A DNA stretch of 64,000 nucleotides from Bacteroidales bacterium (GTDB taxonomy: Bacteria; Bacteroidota; Bacteroidia; Bacteroidales; UBA932): assembly GCA_017445425.1 (NCBI GenBank), contig JAFSUF010000029.1, positions 1,926 to 65,925 of the forward strand, given 5' to 3'. A program made the position numbers and the translations under genes. The notes under the pieces are model-generated. The model was not told the origin of the DNA. It did not search any database and saw only the letters and a list, made by a program, of their open reading frames with translations. Of the stretch, positions 9,886 to 20,544 are shown piece after piece (within the stretch, counting starts at the first letter, position 1; each line of letters begins with the position of its first letter).

Positions 9886-10563
9886 ATGTCAAAACTCTAC
9901 ATTGTTCCCACACCTGTCGGCAACCTTGGCGATATGACGCCCAGGGCGGTCGAGGTGTTGCAGAGTGTGGATTTGATTCTGGCGGAGGATACCCGCACCA
10001 GCGGCGTCCTGCTCAAGAAATTTGACATTTCTACCCATGCGGAGAGCCACCACAAGTGGAACGAGCACGAGACGGTGGCCCGCATCCGAGAGAAGATACT
10101 CTCCGGCCTATCCGTGGCGCTAATAAGTGACGCCGGCACACCCGGTATCAGCGATCCCGGTTTCCTGCTGGCTCGCACCTGTGCCGAAGCCGGCATAGAG
10201 GTGGAGACGCTGCCCGGCGCAACCGCATGCATCCCGGCGTTGGTGAATTCCGGGCTGCCGTGCGACCGGTTCTGTTTTGAAGGATTCCTCCCTCTGAAAA
10301 AGGGGCGCCAGACACGCTTGAAAGAGCTTTCAGAAGAGCGACGTACCATGATATTCTACGAATCGCCGCTGCGCCTTGCCCGCACTTTGAGCAACCTGGC
10401 AGAGGCGTTCGGCGGGGAGAGGCAGGCATCGGTGAGCCGCGAGATCAGCAAGATTCACGACACAACTGTGCGCGGGACGCTGGCTTATTTATGCAAGTTT
10501 TTCACCGACCATCCGCCTAAGGGTGAAATAGTGATAGTCGTCGCGGGCTGCGGCGGCAAATAA
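9886..10563 (+). CDS. rsmI: 16S rRNA (cytidine1402-2'-O)-methyltransferase
   Basis: [19 protein letters not shown]-terminus and tetrapyrrole-methylase fold pattern. Confidence 0.85.
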   Translation: MSKLYIVPTPVGNLGDMTPRAVEVLQSVDLILAEDTRTSGVLLKKFDISTHAESHHKWNEHETVARIREKILSGLSVALISDAGTPGISDPGFLLARTCAEAGIEVETLPGATACIPALVNSGLPCDRFCFEGFLPLKKGRQTRLKELSEERRTMIFYESPLRLARTLSNLAEAFGGERQASVSREISKIHDTTVRGTLAYLCKFFTDHPPKGEIVIVVAGCGGK

Positions 10564-10594
10564 GACGATAAACTTTTATGTAAGAGGGGGAGTT

Positions 10595-11551
10595 ATGAAG
10601 CGTGAGAAACTTTCAAAGGCTGCAGCCTCCGGTGCTGTGGCTTTAATTTTTCTGGTACTGGGCTTCCAGGCCGCCATTTTCACCGGGAATGTGTTCCGAT
10701 ACAACCGGGAACATCAAGTAGATACGGTATTCGTTCAGCCATTGCCCGGCTCTGGCATCGAACAAGACTCGCTCCGGGCCAGGGAGCAGGACTTTCTTGG
10801 GAGGCAAGTGCCGCCGCAGCGGAGCGAAGCGAGAAAAGCTACGCAGCAAGCAAGCCGCCGTAGCGGAGCAGCAAAAGGCATTGCACCAAAACGTGAGCCG
10901 GATTACGGAGATTCCAGGCGAATTCTGTCAGAGAAACTGGAGAGGAAGCCGAAACCAGAGCTCTTTGAGTTTGACCCTAACACAGTAACCAAAGAAGAAC
11001 TCATGCGGCTCGGTTTCAGCGAGAGGCAAGCGCAAGTGATAGAGAACTACCGCGCCAAAGGCGGCAAGTACAGAAAGCCTCGGGACTTTGCAAAGATGTA
11101 TGTGGTGGACAGCGCGCACTTCGCACGTCTGGAGCCATATATCCGCATAAGGAAGATAAACCTGAATACAGCCGACAGCCTCCAGCTGGTTTCGCTGCGG
11201 GGCATAGGACCGTATTATGCCCATAAAATCCTGGAATACCGCGCCAGGCTGGGCGGCGTTTTTACCGATAAGAACCAGTTGCTGGAAATTGAGGGGATTG
11301 ACGCCGACCGCCTGAGCGGCTTTGCGGAGGGAGTGGAGGTAAAACCGGTGCAACCGAGGTACTCCCTGTGGACAGCTACCAAAAGCGAGCTGGCGTCTCA
11401 TCCATACATCGGAAGTTACGTTGCAAAGGGTATTTTCCGCTACAAGTCGGTAGCAGATACAACCCTGTGGACCATTGCCGCCCTGGTAGATAACGGAGTG
11501 CTCACCTTCGATGCCGCCGCCCGCCTGGAGTATCTGGATATCAGGCCATGA
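10595..11551 (+). CDS. membrane-anchored tandem helix-hairpin-helix (ComEA-like) protein
   Basis: N-terminal TM segment AVALIFLVLGFQAAIF. Repeated HhH-like blocks LMRLGFSERQAQVIENYR and LVSLRGIGPYYAHKILEYR. Confidence 0.6.
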   Translation: MKREKLSKAAASGAVALIFLVLGFQAAIFTGNVFRYNREHQVDTVFVQPLPGSGIEQDSLRAREQDFLGRQVPPQRSEARKATQQASRRSGAAKGIAPKREPDYGDSRRILSEKLERKPKPELFEFDPNTVTKEELMRLGFSERQAQVIENYRAKGGKYRKPRDFAKMYVVDSAHFARLEPYIRIRKINLNTADSLQLVSLRGIGPYYAHKILEYRARLGGVFTDKNQLLEIEGIDADRLSGFAEGVEVKPVQPRYSLWTATKSELASHPYIGSYVAKGIFRYKSVADTTLWTIAALVDNGVLTFDAAARLEYLDIRP

Positions 11552-11565
11552 CAGCCCTGACTGAG

Positions 11566-14500
11566 CTATCCGGCCGCAGGCAGCATTACCACGAACGAGG
11601 CACCTCCCAGACGTTCTGAGCGCTCATAGTGGATAGAGCCGCCGTTCTGTTCAAAGATATCCTTGCAGATGGCCAGGCCCAGTCCGCTGCCGCCAACCTT
11701 GGTGGTGAAGTTGGGACTGAAAAGCCTTGGGATAAACTCCTCCTTGACTCCGCTGCCGTCGTCTTCCACACTTATCCGGTAGTTGTCGCCTTTGATGGAA
11801 AGGGAGATGAGAACGTTACCTCCAGTGCTTTCTATCGCCTGGATGGCGTTGCCGATGATGTTCATAAAGGCGCGGATAATTTGCTGCCTGTGGATGTTTG
11901 CAGGGGCAGAGTCAAGGTCGGTATCCAGCTGAACCGATACGCCCGCAGAGGAGGCATAGAGCGATACCTCTTCTTTGAGGATAGCCACGAGGTCTTCTCT
12001 GGTCGTGGCCTCATCCGCAAGCAGTTTGGAGAGTGTGGAGAAGTCCGATGCGGTGCGTGACAGTATCTCTATCTGCTCCAGCAGCGAGCGGCTCACCTCA
12101 TCGAACTTGGCCTCCCAGCGGGGGTCGTTCTCTTTCTTGAGCTTCTGCAGCAACTGGATGTTCAGCTGCATCGGGGTGAGCGGATTTTTGATTTCGTGGG
12201 CAATCTGGCGGGCCATCTCCTTCCAGGCTGTCTCGCGCTCCGTGCGCGCAAGGCGGCGGGTGCTCTCGTCCAGTTCGTCCACCATCCTGTTATATGCCGT
12301 CACAAGCATTCCCAGCTCATCTTTACCCTCCCGGTATTCGAGATGCTCTTTAATGCTGCTCCCCGGGAGGCGCTCCATCTTGCTGCGGATCTGTGAAAGA
12401 GGCTTGGATATGGAGTTGGCCAGCATAAGGCTTATCAGCACACTGGCTATGAGAATAATCAGATAGAGGTTCACGATGCTGGCAATAATCATCGTCCCCT
12501 CTTCCTGGAATTGTGACTGTCCGGTGACATAAGGTATGTTGGCGATGGCCACCATGTCGCCGTCTATGTTGAACAACGGGGCGTAGATGGACTGGAAAGA
12601 GTTGCCGGCGATGCTCTCCTGGCCAATGTAGTTCATGTAGCTCTCCTCCACTATCGCCCTGTATGCGGCGTGGTTCATCCGGGAGCCTATGATAGACTGG
12701 TCATAGAGTTCCGGCTGGGTAGAGCATACCAGCACGCCGTGGCTGTCGTAAACGTTTATCTCATTGGCAGTGTTGTTGGAGATGGACTTCATCGCCTCCT
12801 GCAGCTGCGGCGTATTGATGTCTGTGTAGCGGAGGGCGTACTGACAGTAGTCAGAAAGGGTAGATTGCACAATCTCCATATTCCTGGTCATATTGCGCTC
12901 GTTTGCCGTTTTGTTACGGTTTATGGTGAACACAATGGTTCCGGCACCGACGCAGGCGAGGGCAAGGAGGGTGGTGAGCAGCATCAGCGAGGTAATCCGC
13001 CGCTTATATGAGTTGCGCGGCATGGAGAGCAGGGTGCTTTTGCGCAGCCTTGTGGTGAAAGGTATAATTATCAAGCCGAACAGCAGCAACAGATATGAGA
13101 ACAGGACCAGATGGCGGAGCAAACCGGGTATCGGACGGCATATAATCACAATGTCATCGTCAGAGACCTTGTTGATAAACGTCATGGTCCTGCCTTTGCG
13201 CTGGATGTGGTAACCCGGCTTGTAATTGTCGGGGACTATGTTGGTCGGGAAAGATTCGCGTCCGGAGTAGGTTACGAGCCTCCCTGAGGAGTATTTTGCG
13301 TATGAATAATAGCCGGGGAGGGTGAGTGCAGGCGATTGCTTGAACAAGATGCTGGACATATTGGTCCCCTTGTCGGAGACAAAACGCGAAGTTATCTCTA
13401 TATACAGGTTGGTGCTCTCGAGGGTGTCAAAGTTCACATAGGTGAAAACCCCCAGGTATGAGGTCTGCCCGTTGAAGTTGTTCATGAAGAAGAAACTGGA
13501 GCCGGGATTAAGGGGGATGCCGTATTTACGCAATTCGTCGCTATAGAAACCCAAACAGCTCACCGCAGGGGTATTGCGGTCAATTATCATCTGCGTAGTG
13601 CTGTTGCATGTGGTCACGGAGAGGTTGTACTTTGTAGAGAAGCTGCGGAACATATAACGCTCCAGGATTCGGTTACGGATGATATCGTTGCCACCTTCGG
13701 GCCAGAAACTCAGGATTGCTATAAGCTGGTCGTTCTTCAGCCCGGGCTCAATCATCCTCAACTGCATCTCAAGAGAGAGGTCACGGTCCAGCGACAGGCG
13801 GTCTGTCCAGACCTTGTTGCTGTTGTACTCTTTGGAGAGGCTGGTGCTGTATATGGTAAGCACCGTGTAAAGGGAAATCACGGCGATGTAGATAAGTATG
13901 AACCGCCACCCGAAAACATTTGGCCTACGCCGCCCGGAGATGGCGGTGATGCACATCTGAATGGAGTGCAGCAGGGCCAGGAACAACAGGCCAAACGACA
14001 CCAGGCTTATGATGGAGTAGATGCTGATGCGGTTAATATCGGCCAGGTTGAAGGAGATGCTGGAGTTGTACACCACGGAGCGAAGGGCGTAGTTGATATA
14101 GAAGGCCAGTAACAGCGTTGCGGCGATTGATGCGGCGCAGCATAAGATACGCTGTGCCCGGCTCAGGTGACGGTACCACTTCAGCAGAGGGACCCGCATC
14201 AGGAACAGCCCCATCGACATCAGGAAGATGTAGCAATTGATTGTCAGCAGGCTTGCCAGGGAGTCCAGGATATTGCTGCCGGCGTAAGTAAGGGGGGAGA
14301 ATATGGTGCTGGAGGGGTCGCACTTGTGAGCCAGGAATCTTGCCCATACCGCCAGCAGGGTGATAATCAGGAGGTATACCCAGAAAGACTGTCTGGAGCG
14401 GGAGCCCAGATGCATCAGGAACGCGGCCGCTACCAGCAGCAAGATTACAATCCATAGCAGGATGTAGTTGCCATAGCTGTAGTATGAGCTGGAGTTCTCC

Positions 14501-15120
14501 ACAATTGAGAACAGGGGTGTACCGGCATCGCTGTGGACAATCGCCCCGGCATCAGTCATCAGGGGGGCGGTTGTATATTTGCGATCCACCTTAAGTTGCG
14601 GGTTCAGGCAATTGGCATACTTGAGACTCTCCTGGGAGTAGTCGCTCTTGATAAGCAGGGCAGAAATCAGCCTCTCGTTCCCGTTTGTGTAAGATTTGAG
14701 GAAATACCACCCGGATCCGAGGTTTACATAACTCTCGCCGTCGTTTATATACGCCAGCGGCGCCAGGTTTGCGGCACTCGCGCCATAAAGGTGGTGCAGG
14801 GTGTAAAAAGAGTGGTCTGCCGTGATGCCATCGTTGCTGATGGGGAACTGGTTTATCCAGCAGTGGAGGGTGTCGTTCTTATAGTGGTAAATCACCATAT
14901 CCTCCGGCAGATCGGCCTCATCGCGGAGCTCCGCCTGGCCGGACAGCACGGCGTTGGAATACCGGTCAAGGATCCGTTCGCGCAGTTTAAGGTTGTGCTC
15001 GGCTTTGACCGCCTCGGCCTGAATCTTCTGAATCGGGTCGGCCTTTATGAAAGAAGCGGCAAAAATTATCACCGCGATAACGGCCAGCGCTATGGCACTA
15101 TGTAAGAACGGTCTCTTCAT
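11566..15120 (-). CDS. large multi-pass membrane sensor histidine kinase
   Basis: 1184 aa with many hydrophobic segments. H-box HEIKNPLTPM, N/G boxes NIIGNAIQA and GGSGLGLAICKDI. Confidence 0.8.
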   Translation of the reverse strand: MKRPFLHSAIALAVIAVIIFAASFIKADPIQKIQAEAVKAEHNLKLRERILDRYSNAVLSGQAELRDEADLPEDMVIYHYKNDTLHCWINQFPISNDGITADHSFYTLHHLYGASAANLAPLAYINDGESYVNLGSGWYFLKSYTNGNERLISALLIKSDYSQESLKYANCLNPQLKVDRKYTTAPLMTDAGAIVHSDAGTPLFSIVENSSSYYSYGNYILLWIVILLLVAAAFLMHLGSRSRQSFWVYLLIITLLAVWARFLAHKCDPSSTIFSPLTYAGSNILDSLASLLTINCYIFLMSMGLFLMRVPLLKWYRHLSRAQRILCCAASIAATLLLAFYINYALRSVVYNSSISFNLADINRISIYSIISLVSFGLLFLALLHSIQMCITAISGRRRPNVFGWRFILIYIAVISLYTVLTIYSTSLSKEYNSNKVWTDRLSLDRDLSLEMQLRMIEPGLKNDQLIAILSFWPEGGNDIIRNRILERYMFRSFSTKYNLSVTTCNSTTQMIIDRNTPAVSCLGFYSDELRKYGIPLNPGSSFFFMNNFNGQTSYLGVFTYVNFDTLESTNLYIEITSRFVSDKGTNMSSILFKQSPALTLPGYYSYAKYSSGRLVTYSGRESFPTNIVPDNYKPGYHIQRKGRTMTFINKVSDDDIVIICRPIPGLLRHLVLFSYLLLLFGLIIIPFTTRLRKSTLLSMPRNSYKRRITSLMLLTTLLALACVGAGTIVFTINRNKTANERNMTRNMEIVQSTLSDYCQYALRYTDINTPQLQEAMKSISNNTANEINVYDSHGVLVCSTQPELYDQSIIGSRMNHAAYRAIVEESYMNYIGQESIAGNSFQSIYAPLFNIDGDMVAIANIPYVTGQSQFQEEGTMIIASIVNLYLIILIASVLISLMLANSISKPLSQIRSKMERLPGSSIKEHLEYREGKDELGMLVTAYNRMVDELDESTRRLARTERETAWKEMARQIAHEIKNPLTPMQLNIQLLQKLKKENDPRWEAKFDEVSRSLLEQIEILSRTASDFSTLSKLLADEATTREDLVAILKEEVSLYASSAGVSVQLDTDLDSAPANIHRQQIIRAFMNIIGNAIQAIESTGGNVLISLSIKGDNYRISVEDDGSGVKEEFIPRLFSPNFTTKVGGSGLGLAICKDIFEQNGGSIHYERSERLGGASFVVMLPAAG

Positions 15121-15590
15121 TCATGGTGATAGGGTTCGCCCTTGATTATGGTGAAAATACGGTAGAGCTGTTCAAGGAAAATCACCCTGCATAGCTGGTG
15201 CGAAAAGGTCATCTTTGACAGAGAAACCATCTCGTCGGCGCGCTCGTAAACCGCTTTGCCAAAACCATAACTCCCCCCTATTACAAAGGTAATATCTCTG
15301 GGACTATATAAAAATTTTTTCTCCAGATGGTGAGCCCACTCCACCGAGGTGAATGTCTGGCCGTGTTCGTCAAGCAGGATGAGGTGGTCTGAGGCTGCTA
15401 CGTTTTTTAAAATCAACTCCCCCTCCCTCTCTTTAATCTGGTCCCTGGAGAGCGCTTTCACATTTTTCAGCTCGGGGATTTCCACTATGGAAAACTTGCA
15501 ATAATGGGCCAGGCGGCCGCTGTATTTTGCGACGCCCTCTTTGAGGTAAGCATCCTCTGTTTTGCCTGTGAGGACGAGACGGATATTCAT
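15117..15590 (-). CDS. rlmH: 23S rRNA (pseudouridine1915-N3)-methyltransferase
   Basis: Internal start MNIRLVLTGKT gives a 157-aa SPOUT protein. The stop overlaps the kinase start (ATGA). Confidence 0.85.
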   Translation of the reverse strand: MNIRLVLTGKTEDAYLKEGVAKYSGRLAHYCKFSIVEIPELKNVKALSRDQIKEREGELILKNVAASDHLILLDEHGQTFTSVEWAHHLEKKFLYSPRDITFVIGGSYGFGKAVYERADEMVSLSKMTFSHQLCRVIFLEQLYRIFTIIKGEPYHHE

Positions 15591-15639
15591 TGTTGTGGCT
15601 TGGTTTTTGTAAAAATTCTCGGAAAACAATAATAAAGAT

Positions 15640-16038
15640 ATGAAAAAATATCTGCTGATTTCAGTGTTGCTGCTTGCTTCGGTTATCAAATATGATGCCC
15701 GTGCGATAGACGATGCCGATGTGTTTATCCCGATAGCAAAATATATAGAGGCGGGAGACAGCGACAAGCTTTCAGTGTGGTTTGCAGACAATCTGCAGCT
15801 TGACCTTCTCGGCACCATAAACAATTGCAACCGCAACCAGGCCCGGCTGATAATGCGCAACTTCTTTACCAACTATACCCCAAAATCTTTCAAGATCGTG
15901 CATAAGAGTTCCCGCCCGCCAATGAGTTATGCCTCCGGCGACCTGGATGCGGGAGGCTCGCAGTTCAGGGTGACGATATTCGTCAAGACAGTTTCCGGTC
16001 GCAACGAAGTACTTCAGATAAAGATAGAACGCCAATAA
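15640..16038 (+). CDS. DUF4783-family exported protein
   Basis: 132 aa with a signal peptide. The pattern matches the small protein usually divergent from rlmH in Bacteroidales (recognition from memory). Confidence 0.55.
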   Translation: MKKYLLISVLLLASVIKYDARAIDDADVFIPIAKYIEAGDSDKLSVWFADNLQLDLLGTINNCNRNQARLIMRNFFTNYTPKSFKIVHKSSRPPMSYASGDLDAGGSQFRVTIFVKTVSGRNEVLQIKIERQ

Positions 16039-16071
16039 AACAAACGGCTGCCTGAAAAGCAGCCGTTTGTT
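16039..16071. terminator. bidirectional intrinsic terminator between convergent DUF4783 gene and efp
   Basis: Perfect 13-bp stem AACAAACGGCTGC / GCAGCCGTTTGTT with a 7-nt loop, flanked by A-run and T-run. Confidence 0.7.
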
Positions 16072-16091
16072 GTTCATAGACAGAGTAGTGT

Positions 16092-16661
16092 TTATTTCAC
16101 ACGCTCGCCGTAGGTACGGTCCACTGTGTTTACCCTGATCTTGTCGCCCTGATTGATGAACAAGGGCACCATGAGGGTGGCGCCGGTCTCCAGGGTACAC
16201 TCCTTGAGGGCATTTGAAGATGCGGTGTCGCCCTTTACGGCGGGCTCGGTGTAGGTCACCTCAAGCTCCACGTAGGTGGGCAGCTCGCAGGTGAGACAGC
16301 GCTCCTCTTCTCCAGCCAGGAATATCATCTCCACGGTCTGGCCCTCTTTCATAAGGTCGGCGTTCTCAATCATATTCTCGGCAAGGTGAACCTGCTCGAA
16401 GGTCTCGGAATGCATAAAGTTGAAACCGTCTTCGTCTTTGTAGAGGTACTGGTAGGGGCGGTGCTCCACGGTGATGAGTTCAATCTTCTCGCCTGCGTTC
16501 CAGGTCTTCTCCAGGATGCGGCCGTTCTCCAGGTTGCGGAGTTTAGACTTGACAAAAGCGGGGCCCTTGCCCGGCTTCACGTGCTGGAACCATACGATAG
16601 AACACGGCTTGCCGTTGAAATCTATGCAAAGTCCGTTTTTAAAATCAGCTGTTGTTGCCAT
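16092..16661 (-). CDS. efp: translation elongation factor P
   Basis: 189 aa with the KPGKGPAFV loop and three-domain EF-P pattern. Confidence 0.9.
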   Translation of the reverse strand: MATTADFKNGLCIDFNGKPCSIVWFQHVKPGKGPAFVKSKLRNLENGRILEKTWNAGEKIELITVEHRPYQYLYKDEDGFNFMHSETFEQVHLAENMIENADLMKEGQTVEMIFLAGEEERCLTCELPTYVELEVTYTEPAVKGDTASSNALKECTLETGATLMVPLFINQGDKIRVNTVDRTYGERVK

Positions 16662-16707
16662 ATAGTTACGTTATTAGTTGATTCTTGAGCACAAATGTAA
16701 TAAAAAA

Positions 16708-17532
16708 CTAATAAATCTTTAATTCGCCCACCTCGACTCCTTTGCAGCCGGCCTGCATGATGGGCACCGGGACTCCGTCAAGATTGTCCACCTCCACCGC
16801 CTCTTTCAGGAATGTATGGCTGTGGCCGCCTATTATGAAGTCGATATTACGGGATTTGGCCGCCACTATCTTGTCGGAAGGGTTGTCGTCACTGCCGCCA
16901 TCGAAGCCGATATGGGAGAGCAGTATCACAATATCGCAGCGTTTCTGCTTCTTGAGGTACTCCGCCCAGCGGTTGACCTCCTCTATCGTATTCAACGAGG
17001 TTATACCTTCTATGCTAGGGGCAGACACCACACCGCGCAGCCGGACGGTGGCGCCGATGATGCCTATCCTGAAGCCGCCGCGCTTGAGAACCACATAAGG
17101 TTTGACATAACCCTCAAGGGGTGTACCGGTGAAATCGTAGTTGCAGCACACCGTCGGATATTTTGCACCTGCGAGCCTGCGGGCAAACTCATCCTGGCCG
17201 TTGGCGAACTCGTGGTTACCGATGGCCACAGCGTCGTAGCCCATGATGTTTACAAGGTCCCTCTCCAGGTCGCCGCCGCCGACATTGAAGTAGGGGGTTC
17301 CCTGGTTGTAGTCCCCGGCATCCAGCAGCAGCACCCTGTCACTGCCGTACTCGGAGCGGACGCTGTCTATGAACTGCAACCGGCGGCTGACTCCGCCGCA
17401 ACCGGCATTGCGCCCGGTGCGGAGCGGCTCTATCTGGCTGTGGGTATCGTTGGTATGAAGCACTACTAGCTTCTGTCCATTTAGCGAAAAGGCTGCTGCA
17501 ATCAGCAGCATGGAGATAAATATGCGCTTCAT
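16708..17532 (-). CDS. exported metallophosphatase (5'-nucleotidase N-terminal half)
   Basis: Signal peptide. HTNDTHS, GDYNQG and GNHEF metallophosphoesterase motifs. Confidence 0.75.
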   Translation of the reverse strand: MKRIFISMLLIAAAFSLNGQKLVVLHTNDTHSQIEPLRTGRNAGCGGVSRRLQFIDSVRSEYGSDRVLLLDAGDYNQGTPYFNVGGGDLERDLVNIMGYDAVAIGNHEFANGQDEFARRLAGAKYPTVCCNYDFTGTPLEGYVKPYVVLKRGGFRIGIIGATVRLRGVVSAPSIEGITSLNTIEEVNRWAEYLKKQKRCDIVILLSHIGFDGGSDDNPSDKIVAAKSRNIDFIIGGHSHTFLKEAVEVDNLDGVPVPIMQAGCKGVEVGELKIY

Positions 17533-17536
17533 GACT

Positions 17537-18289
17537 CTACTTGTCGTTAGAATAGGTTACTGTTATACGTCCGTCCTTGCGAAGGTCGAGCACCTCGCCT
17601 GCAGCCATCTTCTGCCTGAGGATATCAATCAAGGCCTCACGGAGGGTTACCCCAGTGTCGATGCTGGCCACTATACCGTCGCCGAAATCCATGCCGTCAC
17701 CGCCGGTCACCAGAAAATCGATGGTCGCAACTTTGTAGAGGCGGTTATCGTCGAGCGGCTTGCCGCCCACCAGGCACTCCTTGAGCTTTTTGTCGGCAAC
17801 TGTCATCTTGATGCCGCTCAGTGCCTGGAAGCCACCTGTCTCCGCCATCCTGTTGAACATCTTGCGGAGGGCCAACCCCTTGACATCCAGCACGGTAACA
17901 TAATTGTTGAACGGGGAGATGGAGTATATGTCATATATCCTGACCGCCCCCTTGGGAAGTTCTGTGCGGATCCCGCCAAAGTTAGTGAGCCCCAGGTCTA
18001 TCTTCTCTCCGGTACGCTGTCCGGCAAATTCTCGCAGGGCATCGGCCATGAGGTTGCTCAGGCCGCTCTCCGGCTTCTCCTTGGCATAGACATCCTTGCT
18101 GTAACATACCACCTCCTGCAGAGCCGCCATGCTGCTGTCGTACTTGGCGATAGCCGCAATGGCCGCAGTGTCGGGACCGCTGTCATAACGTGAGTCTATC
18201 TCATGGTATTCCCATGTATAGCTCTGATACCCCTTGGGGCCGCAGGCACAAAGCACGAACGCCAGCGCCGCGATAATAAAGTTTCTCAT
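17537..18289 (-). CDS. 5'-nucleotidase C-terminal domain lipoprotein
   Basis: Internal start MRNFIIAALAFVLCAC (lipobox). It lies directly upstream of the metallophosphatase half, as in split UshA-like pairs. Confidence 0.7.
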   Translation of the reverse strand: MRNFIIAALAFVLCACGPKGYQSYTWEYHEIDSRYDSGPDTAAIAAIAKYDSSMAALQEVVCYSKDVYAKEKPESGLSNLMADALREFAGQRTGEKIDLGLTNFGGIRTELPKGAVRIYDIYSISPFNNYVTVLDVKGLALRKMFNRMAETGGFQALSGIKMTVADKKLKECLVGGKPLDDNRLYKVATIDFLVTGGDGMDFGDGIVASIDTGVTLREALIDILRQKMAAGEVLDLRKDGRITVTYSNDK

Positions 18290-18290
18290 T

Positions 18291-19634
18291 TCAATCTCTG
18301 TATTTAAGCCATTTGAACAAATCTTTGAAGGTAGCCTTCTTGCCATAGGTCAGGATACCGACCCGGTAAATCTTGGCAGACGCCCACGCTATGGCGATGA
18401 AGGTAATGATCAGGATAGCGATGGATAGTATCAGCTGCCATGCCGGCACCGACCCGAACGGGATGCGGGCCAGCATCACCATGGGTGAGGTAAAGGGTAT
18501 CAGGGATGCCCATACACTCAACTGGCTTGAAGGGTGCTGGAAGGTGTGCAGCATTATGAACAGGCCAATCATCAGCGGGATAGTTATGGGGAGACTGAGC
18601 TGATTGGTATCGGCTTCATTGTCTACCGCAGAGCCCACGGCCGCAAACATCGCCGCGTAGAGCAGGTAACCCAGCACAAAGTAGATCAGGAAGCACAGCA
18701 CTATCTGCCCGAAATTAATCTGGGAGAGCTGGTCCATAATGGATGAAATCTCACCCAGGCTGCCCATATCGGGATGGACCCCGACAGTGGTTTCGCTCAT
18801 GGTCGTGGTTACATCTGCAACCTTTTCGGCCGTCTTGCTGGTGATAACCCCCTGCAGGCCAAACATCACCGCTCCTATCAGTATGATCCATATCGCAAAC
18901 TGCGTCAGGGCAACCAGGGCCACGCCTATCAGCTTGCCCATCATCAGCTCGAACGACGATACGCTGGAGACAATTACCTCCACTATACGGTTGGTCTTCT
19001 CCTCTATCACGCCGCGCATCACCATGGAGCCGAATACCGCTACGAACATATAGATAAGGAAGCTGAGGACATAGGCGATAATCATGTAAATCTCCACGGA
19101 ATCCTTCTTCTCCTTACCCTCGTCGGTCAGGGTATATGCGTCTATCTTAACGTCGCTGCGGACCTTGTCCATTATCTCGTCAAAGTTCTGAATATCCAGC
19201 TGCTGCAGCTTGCGGTCGCGCAAGGCGCCGGAGATTTTGCCCTCTAAAGCCACCTTGGTCTCCATCCCCAGAGGCTCCCTGGAGTATGCGGTAACCTCAG
19301 CGTTCCCCGCCGAATCCAGCGCAGAGACATAAATCAGGGTAGAAGAGTCATATGTGTCAAAGGTATTCTTGAGACTCTCCCGGGTGGTCTCCACGGGGAG
19401 GAAACGGTACTCCGTCTTGCCGGAACTCTCAAAGTATTCCTCGAGCAGGCCGGTATTGTCCACAAAAGAGATAACCTGCTTGTCTTCACCCGAATAAAGG
19501 GCTATGAGCACCGGGATGAACATAAGCGCCGCCATCAACACCGGAGTGAGGACGGTGAGCAGGATAAACGATTTTTTCTTTACCCGGGTGGAGTATTCTC
19601 GGCCTATTATAAGGCCTATGTTACTGAGTTTCAT
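18291..19634 (-). CDS. ABC-2 type transporter permease
   Basis: 447 aa. One N-terminal TM, a large loop, then about 5 C-terminal TM segments. The start overlaps the ATPase gene stop by 4 nt. Confidence 0.75.
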   Translation of the reverse strand: MKLSNIGLIIGREYSTRVKKKSFILLTVLTPVLMAALMFIPVLIALYSGEDKQVISFVDNTGLLEEYFESSGKTEYRFLPVETTRESLKNTFDTYDSSTLIYVSALDSAGNAEVTAYSREPLGMETKVALEGKISGALRDRKLQQLDIQNFDEIMDKVRSDVKIDAYTLTDEGKEKKDSVEIYMIIAYVLSFLIYMFVAVFGSMVMRGVIEEKTNRIVEVIVSSVSSFELMMGKLIGVALVALTQFAIWIILIGAVMFGLQGVITSKTAEKVADVTTTMSETTVGVHPDMGSLGEISSIMDQLSQINFGQIVLCFLIYFVLGYLLYAAMFAAVGSAVDNEADTNQLSLPITIPLMIGLFIMLHTFQHPSSQLSVWASLIPFTSPMVMLARIPFGSVPAWQLILSIAILIITFIAIAWASAKIYRVGILTYGKKATFKDLFKWLKYRD

Positions 19635-20539
19635 TTCTGTGCAGATTCACTAACGAGTTTGATAAAAATATCGTTCATCCGGGGCACCATTTTCCTTACG
19701 GAGATAATCTCAAGGTCGGCTGCGGCCAGCGATGAAAGCACGTCCCTCATGGAGAGGCCTCCGGCTATGTCCAGCACGGCGCGGCTGCAGTCTCGCAACT
19801 GCTCCTGCGAAGCCACGGAGAAGACCTCGTCGCACTTTGCCATCTCACCCCTGAAGAGGAGTTCCACCTGATTAGACCCGTACCGCTCACGCACATCATC
19901 CGTGGCGCCGGTCACCACCAGCCGGGATTTGTTGATTAGGGCGATATTGTCGCACAACTCCTCCACCGACTCCATGTTATGGGTGGAGAGGATGATGGTT
20001 GCCCCCTCGTCCTTGAGCTTCAGTATCTCGTTGCGGATTGCCTGTGCGTTCACAGGGTCAAACCCGGAGAAAGGCTCGTCCAGGATGAGCAGCCTGGGTT
20101 TGTGGACAACCGTAGATATGAACTGTACCTTCTGGGCCATACCCTTGGAAAGCTCTTCCACCTTCTTGTTCCACCACCCCTGGATGCCGAACTTTACAAA
20201 CCACTTACGGAGTTCCGCCTCAGCCTCTGCCTTGCTGAGCCCCTTGAGGCGCGCCAGATACATCATCTGCTCGCCCACCTTCATCTTCTTGTAAAGGCCG
20301 CGCTCTTCCGGCAGATAACCTATCTTGCGGACAAAAGCGTCGTCCACAACCTTGCCGTCAAAGAACACCCGCCCCTCAGTAGGGATGGTGATGCGGTTGA
20401 TAATGCGGATCATAGTGGTCTTGCCGGCACCGTTTGGCCCCAGCAGGCCGTATATCTGACCGTCAGGAATCTGCAGAGACACATTATCGAGCGCCGCAAA
20501 ATTGCCGAACCGCTTGGTAATATTCTTACACTCGAGCAT
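19631..20539 (-). CDS. ABC transporter ATP-binding protein
   Basis: Walker A GPNGAGKTT, signature LSKGMAQKV and Walker B LLILDEP. Confidence 0.9.
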   Translation of the reverse strand: MLECKNITKRFGNFAALDNVSLQIPDGQIYGLLGPNGAGKTTMIRIINRITIPTEGRVFFDGKVVDDAFVRKIGYLPEERGLYKKMKVGEQMMYLARLKGLSKAEAEAELRKWFVKFGIQGWWNKKVEELSKGMAQKVQFISTVVHKPRLLILDEPFSGFDPVNAQAIRNEILKLKDEGATIILSTHNMESVEELCDNIALINKSRLVVTGATDDVRERYGSNQVELLFRGEMAKCDEVFSVASQEQLRDCSRAVLDIAGGLSMRDVLSSLAAADLEIISVRKMVPRMNDIFIKLVSESAQK

Positions 20540-20544
20540 AATTA